From assembly GCA_048938105.1 (NCBI GenBank), contig JBHLMN010000007.1:32001-96000 (forward strand): 64,000 nucleotides of DNA, written 5' to 3'. Source of the DNA: Promethearchaeota archaeon (GTDB taxonomy: Archaea > Asgardarchaeota > Heimdallarchaeia > Hodarchaeales > Hodarchaeaceae). Positions 58,817 to 64,000 of the stretch are shown here, piece after piece; within the stretch, counting starts at the first letter, position 1, and each line of letters starts with the position of its first letter. Both the position numbers and the translations under genes were made by a program. Below the pieces are notes generated by a model. That model saw only the letters and a program-made list of their open reading frames with translations. It searched no databases and was not told the origin of the DNA.

Positions 58817-59514
58817 TGGTATCCATCCTCCACAACTTTTCCATCTCGAAGTCGGATAATCCGATTACATTGCTTCCCAATCCATTCGGAGTGTGTTACC
58901 AAGATAAGCGTTTGTTGATTATCAACATTAATCCGTCGAAACATTTCCATTAGGTCTTTTGATGTCACTGAATCTAAATCTCCTGTTGGTTCATCTCCCA
59001 AAATAATCACTGGGGAAGTGACCAACGATCGTGCAATTGCTACACGCTGTTGTTGTCCTCCTGAAAGCTCTGGAGGAGAATGATAAATTTTATCTCCCAA
59101 CCCAACCTCACGTAAAATCATTGTAGATTTTCGAGTGGCTTCAGGATAACTCATGCCTTGAGCTAATAAAGGAACCATAACATTCTCTAAAGCATTCATA
59201 TAATCGAATAAATTGAAGAGTTGAAATACATATCCAATATTATCCCTACGAAATGAAGTCATCTTTTCGTCCGAGAAAGTGGAGATATCGACTCCATTAA
59301 TTTTAACGGTACCTGAAGTTGGTGAATCGAGTCCCCCGCAAATATTAAGCATCGTAGTTTTTCCACAACCAGATGGCCCCATAATAGCTACCATTTCGCC
59401 ATACTTGATCTTAAGATTGACACCCCTTAATGCATGAATCTCGTGGGGTGTTCCTTCTCCATAGATCTTATGCAGATCTTCCAACACTAAAATTTCATTA
59501 GCCATTTTCTTCAC
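58813..59514 (-). CDS. LolD/MacB-type ABC ATPase
   Basis: [27 protein letters not shown]. Confidence 0.95.
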   Translation of the reverse strand: MKKMANEILVLEDLHKIYGEGTPHEIHALRGVNLKIKYGEMVAIMGPSGCGKTTMLNICGGLDSPTSGTVKINGVDISTFSDEKMTSFRRDNIGYVFQLFNLFDYMNALENVMVPLLAQGMSYPEATRKSTMILREVGLGDKIYHSPPELSGGQQQRVAIARSLVTSPVIILGDEPTGDLDSVTSKDLMEMFRRINVDNQQTLILVTHSEWIGKQCNRIIRLRDGKVVEDGYQ

Positions 59515-62500
59515 CTAACCATGATACCTAAGTGCCTCACTCGGTGGAATTCGTGCAGCTAACCAGCCTGGGATTAATGCTGCCAAGAAAACAGAACCCA
59601 TGATAAGAGCTCCAAAAAATCCAACCTGAGACCATGGAATAATTAATTTCCAGTTTAAAAGACCCGCAAAAACCCAAGCAAGGTAATTTCCTGTTAAAAA
59701 CCCTACAATAAAACCTAATATGCCTAGGAATAGTAACTCAAGGAGGATTGCTAAAGAAACAGCCTTTTTAGAGAAACCAACCGATCTCAGCATACCAATC
59801 TCTCTCTTTCGTTCCTTCACAGAACGGTGAGAAACAACTAAAAGCCCAATAACGCCAATGATAAGGCCAGTAGAAATGAATATCTGAAGGAAATTAAGAG
59901 CATTAGCATTCGTAGAATTCATATGGTAAAATACATCCCAAAGATGATGAGCTGTTATTCCATAAAATGTCCCACCACTGAGGATTAAAAGAGAATTAGT
60001 ACTATTTTTATTTGAAAATTCTTCAATCTGACTGGTAAGATCTTCGTTTTTGTCATAATCATAACCGTGTACAGTTTCAATAAGAAATTCTTTGGTTCCA
60101 TAACCTAAGAGACTCAATTGGGAAGCATATCTATCGCTAACGATAATTCCACGCGAAAACTGATTGATGCTGGATTCGCAAGAAGGAAAATAAGTTAAAG
60201 CCCCAGCATAAATCATTTCGATCAAGCTACCATTTATAGCAGGAAAACTCACGATTTCACCAATGTCAAGAAAATAAAGTAGATCACCAATGAACATTGG
60301 TAAACCATCGGGATCTTCAGGTTCAACTGGTTGTTTTGTCAAACGGTGGATCTTTTGATTTCCTAAGAAAGCCTCCCAAAAAGTCTTTGACTCTTCCCGG
60401 GCTTGATCTCGATGTTCCATCCGGTTTATCATTGATAATTGAGTGTAGTAAGGAAGAAGTTCATTAAATACAAACGGATACAGAACTTCTCCGTTACTAT
60501 CAACAAATGTGGAAAAATCAATTGTGATAAGTTTTGAGTAGAATATATCTTCCTCGGGAGTGATTTCATCTCTAGAACCTCTGAAAGGGAGTATACCACC
60601 TACTCCTAAAGGATATACCTGTTTGATTTCATCAAACTCATCTTGAAGAATCTCTGGATAGTTTAAAGATGTCAAATCGATTGGTATTTGAGACTCTACC
60701 AAGATAGAAACCCCTGACATCTGATATTCCCATGTATGACTTGAACCAGAGACTTGTGTGACAGCGTAAGAACCAATAAAAAAATTCAGAGATAGGATAA
60801 CAGCAAATGTGGCAAAAGTTAGCACAGCACGAGCCTTCCTGGAGTTAATATAACGAGTGGCGACCAAACCTGTTGCTCTCGTTTTTTCAAAATAAGAAAA
60901 GGCTTTTCTTAATCCTGCTGTAAGTGCTTCTAGATTGGCTCCGACTACAGTAGTAGCACCAATTACTGCAGATAAAAGTCCAGTCATTGCGATACTATTT
61001 GCATTTCCCCCCTCTTCAGCCCAATCTACGGCAATTTGAAAACCCCAAATAGTGAGAATAATTAACATGAGTCCACTGATAGTTAAACTAAGTCGTCTGT
61101 AACGTCTAAATCGAAAACTAGCAAAAATTAAACCCAAACCTACATAGAATAAGGCCTGAAAGTTTGCAGCTGCTTCTTCTTCAATATTACGAAATCCTTC
61201 TGGGGTATAGAATGGTTGTCCTTGTTGAATCAGCTCAACTAGAGTCATAAGACCTAGAATTATAATAATTCCACCAATTACGATAGGCCATAATGGTTTC
61301 TTCCCATCAAGAGAGGAAAGCTTATCTTTTGATTTAGTCCCACGAACGATTTCAATTATTGAGATGCCACGTGCTCGAAGTGCTGGAACCATTCCAGTGA
61401 TGAAAGAAAGACCAATTGCACATATTAGGGACAACAAAAATGCATCTGGCTCAACAACGATGTTGAAAATTGATGTTGTAACTTCAGGATTTCCCATCGC
61501 TGATAACATATCTCTACTCAGATCATTTAACCAGATACTAATCCCTATTCCTATGATAAGACCGAATATTCCTCCTAATATCCCAGTAAGTACTGTTTCG
61601 ATAGTATAAGAAATGAAAATTTCTCGTTTTTTTGCTCCAATTGCCCGAAGCATTCCAATTTGTTGTTCACGTTCTTCCATATTCATTAATTGAATATTGG
61701 TGATCAATAATAACCCCGCTATAACCACAACAACACCAAACATCTGAAATGTACTAGCAAAACCCGAAATCCCCTCTTCAATCCCTTCTCTATTATCCTC
61801 TCGGACTGTACTGACTTGAAGCATCAAATTCGGAAAATATTGATTTAATACTGTTTCAATTTGCTCCTTGGATTCATCACTTCGCTCTCGTCCTAAGAAT
61901 GGGTTTTCCTTATGGTCTTCTATTCCAAAAATGATCTGTGTGATCGGACGATCTATACTGCTTGGAATTAATGAATGAGCTGCGTGTTCACTCATAAGAA
62001 TTCTTCGTAAATCACTAGGATTACCTGTTCTTCCATACTCTCTATAAGTATAGATATCCTTTATTGTGACATTAGTGAAAATTGGATTTCCACGTTCATC
62101 ACGTAAAGACATCGCAATTTGAGCACCAATGCTTGTTCCTAATGAATCAGCTAAATCTGGAGAAATAACGATCTCATCATCGTGTAATGCAGCGATATCT
62201 AATTTATCCCCAGTTGAATTCGAATAGATATAACCCCAAAATCCTCCATCAAAATCCGATCCTATAGTTTCTACTGTCACTCCCTGTTCAAACTGCCCTT
62301 TTTCTGAATAATAAGCCGTAGTTGAATAAGAAATCTGTGGAGAAATACCCTCGAAATTTGCAGCTAATTCTTCTATTAAAGTATCAGAGACATTTTGAGG
62401 GAGATAAATCTCGTTGACCGAATAAACAATAATATCCACATTTCCATAAGCTTCGACCAGAATTTCTTTGTAATTTCTTTGAATTGTACTCCCCAAGATT

Positions 62501-62625
62501 TCTGTTTGGACGACTAATGATATCCCCAAGGCTATAACAAAAGATGTTAGAATAAAATTTCTCTTTCGACGACTAATACCTTTTATGGTATGTTTAAAAG
62601 TATATTTCAAACTTAATTCTTCCAA
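59515..62625 (-). CDS. FtsX/MacB-family ABC permease (two repeats)
   Basis: EREQQIGMLRAIGA, ERKREIGMLRSVG, terminal P.EALR. Confidence 0.93.
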   Translation of the reverse strand: MEELSLKYTFKHTIKGISRRKRNFILTSFVIALGISLVVQTEILGSTIQRNYKEILVEAYGNVDIIVYSVNEIYLPQNVSDTLIEELAANFEGISPQISYSTTAYYSEKGQFEQGVTVETIGSDFDGGFWGYIYSNSTGDKLDIAALHDDEIVISPDLADSLGTSIGAQIAMSLRDERGNPIFTNVTIKDIYTYREYGRTGNPSDLRRILMSEHAAHSLIPSSIDRPITQIIFGIEDHKENPFLGRERSDESKEQIETVLNQYFPNLMLQVSTVREDNREGIEEGISGFASTFQMFGVVVVIAGLLLITNIQLMNMEEREQQIGMLRAIGAKKREIFISYTIETVLTGILGGIFGLIIGIGISIWLNDLSRDMLSAMGNPEVTTSIFNIVVEPDAFLLSLICAIGLSFITGMVPALRARGISIIEIVRGTKSKDKLSSLDGKKPLWPIVIGGIIIILGLMTLVELIQQGQPFYTPEGFRNIEEEAAANFQALFYVGLGLIFASFRFRRYRRLSLTISGLMLIILTIWGFQIAVDWAEEGGNANSIAMTGLLSAVIGATTVVGANLEALTAGLRKAFSYFEKTRATGLVATRYINSRKARAVLTFATFAVILSLNFFIGSYAVTQVSGSSHTWEYQMSGVSILVESQIPIDLTSLNYPEILQDEFDEIKQVYPLGVGGILPFRGSRDEITPEEDIFYSKLITIDFSTFVDSNGEVLYPFVFNELLPYYTQLSMINRMEHRDQAREESKTFWEAFLGNQKIHRLTKQPVEPEDPDGLPMFIGDLLYFLDIGEIVSFPAINGSLIEMIYAGALTYFPSCESSINQFSRGIIVSDRYASQLSLLGYGTKEFLIETVHGYDYDKNEDLTSQIEEFSNKNSTNSLLILSGGTFYGITAHHLWDVFYHMNSTNANALNFLQIFISTGLIIGVIGLLVVSHRSVKERKREIGMLRSVGFSKKAVSLAILLELLFLGILGFIVGFLTGNYLAWVFAGLLNWKLIIPWSQVGFFGALIMGSVFLAALIPGWLAARIPPSEALRYHG

Positions 62626-63052
62626 TCATTGATTATCTCAATTTTTTCATGTAAAAATCCTAAATTAAGGACTAAATCTGATTTTCCTCATGAAAATCAG
62701 AAGATCCACAAGCAATTAGTGTTAATATGAGTATATTTTAAGGAGTTTAAGATATCGGATATTATATTCTTGATTATCACCTACAACTTTGATGTATTCC
62801 AACAATCATGTTCTAATAGATGAAAGATGTATTATAAATCTTATTTATACTAAAAAAAGCAGAAAGATAACGTTATAATAGAAATAAACAATATGTTCAC
62901 ATAATACATCTTTTCGAAAACTTTATCTACTAAATTTACTCTGATCATATTTAAATGAGAAAAAGAATTTAGTTATAATAATCTATAATTTCCTAGAGTT
63001 TATTGACTTTAATACTAAAATAGTGATCAATTAAACAAAGAAGGATATAAAA

Positions 63053-63964
63053 ATGGACTCCTCTATTGAACTTATGAACCTAACTAAATTTTATGGGAAG
63101 TATAGGGGAATTGAAAATCTTAATATTAATATAAAACCAGGGATCATTTTTGGCTTCTTAGGGCCAAATGGCGCTGGAAAAACCACGACCATTCGCTGTT
63201 TACTCGGAATTTTGAAACCATCGGGTGGTAGTATTAAGATTTTTGGGCGAGAGATTTCTAATTGGAGTTCTGAAGTTACATTAAAAGAAAATATCGGTTA
63301 TTTACCAGGTGAATTTGATTTATACAAACATTTTATTGTTAATGGCATACTGGATTATTTTGCCGCATTAAGAAAAAAACCAGCCATACTTAGGGATAAA
63401 TTGGTTGACATATTTGAACTCGATGAATCAAGAAGTGTTAGTCAGCTTAGTAAAGGAAATAAGCAGAAAGTTGGGTTAATTCAGGCCCTAATGCATGATC
63501 CTGACCTCCTCATTCTCGATGAACCGTCTGTTGGATTAGATCCATTAATGCAACAACGTCTCTATCAGGTGTTGAAAGAATTTAGAGAGCGTGGAAAGAC
63601 CATTTTTTTTTCATCTCATAATCTTGCTGAAGTTCAAAAGATCTGTGATGAAGTAGCCATAATCAAGGAGGGATTCTTAGTAAGCCATGACCATATCGAT
63701 CAACTCAGTCAGCGTGTCCAACAGAGAGTAATCCTCACCATGGAAGAGCCTATTGATTCCTTACTACCTCAAATTTCGCTTATAAGCCACTTCGAAAAAC
63801 TTCAGACTAATGGAAATGGGTATCGATACTCTATCTACCTGAAATCGGCCCAACCCAATTATTCTGATCTATTTCAATCGCTAAGGGGACAAAATATCCT
63901 GAATGTTGTTATTCCTGAACCGAGTTTAGAGGATTATTTCCTACAGTATTATAAGGAGGATTAA
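63053..63964 (+). CDS. ABC-2-type exporter ATP-binding protein
   Basis: GPNGAGKTT, LSKGNKQK, LDEPSVGLD, SSH, SLEDYF. Confidence 0.95.
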   Translation: MDSSIELMNLTKFYGKYRGIENLNINIKPGIIFGFLGPNGAGKTTTIRCLLGILKPSGGSIKIFGREISNWSSEVTLKENIGYLPGEFDLYKHFIVNGILDYFAALRKKPAILRDKLVDIFELDESRSVSQLSKGNKQKVGLIQALMHDPDLLILDEPSVGLDPLMQQRLYQVLKEFRERGKTIFFSSHNLAEVQKICDEVAIIKEGFLVSHDHIDQLSQRVQQRVILTMEEPIDSLLPQISLISHFEKLQTNGNGYRYSIYLKSAQPNYSDLFQSLRGQNILNVVIPEPSLEDYFLQYYKED

Positions 63965-63968
63965 CCTC

Positions 63969-64000
63969 ATGCTTCAGATGTGGGGTCGCAGTTTCAAACT
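63969..64000 (+). CDS. 5' fragment of the next gene, probably the ABC-2 permease
   Basis: ATG 4 nt after the ATPase stop, GGAGGA upstream, frame open to the window edge. Confidence 0.5.
   Translation, partial: MLQMWGRSFK

Noticed and set aside
1254-61609. Numerous short antisense or overlapping ORFs in the six-frame track (e.g. 1733-2044, 15445-15918, 23116-23496, 48051-48332)
   Set aside because: Shadows of well-supported genes with no independent motifs

Overview
AT-rich archaeal chromosomal segment with about 50 CDSs. No rRNA, tRNA, CRISPR array, intact transposase or reverse transcriptase was recognised. An archaeal/eukaryotic-type ProRS, TrpB2, a tungsten-type AOR and archaeal AsnA occur with several eukaryotic-signature-like proteins (roadblock proteins, a Rag-like GTPase, two degenerate Rab-like GTPases), which points by inference to an Asgard archaeon, probably Heimdallarchaeia-like. 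Most genes are housekeeping or catabolic. Main candidates for novelty: (1) a coupled roadblock gene plus a 659-aa protein with tandem roadblock, PCI-like winged helix, coiled coil and split Zn finger; (2) a Vms1/ANKZF1-like (VLRF1) release-factor homologue; (3) an MFS transporter fused to a degenerate Old Yellow Enzyme domain; (4) an orphan HsdM-half-HsdS fusion; (5) two intergenic structured-RNA candidates sharing motifs; (6) a surface-protein locus flanked by a duplicated purH 3' end, with a near-identical internal domain duplication. All family calls come from motif recognition by eye, not database searches.
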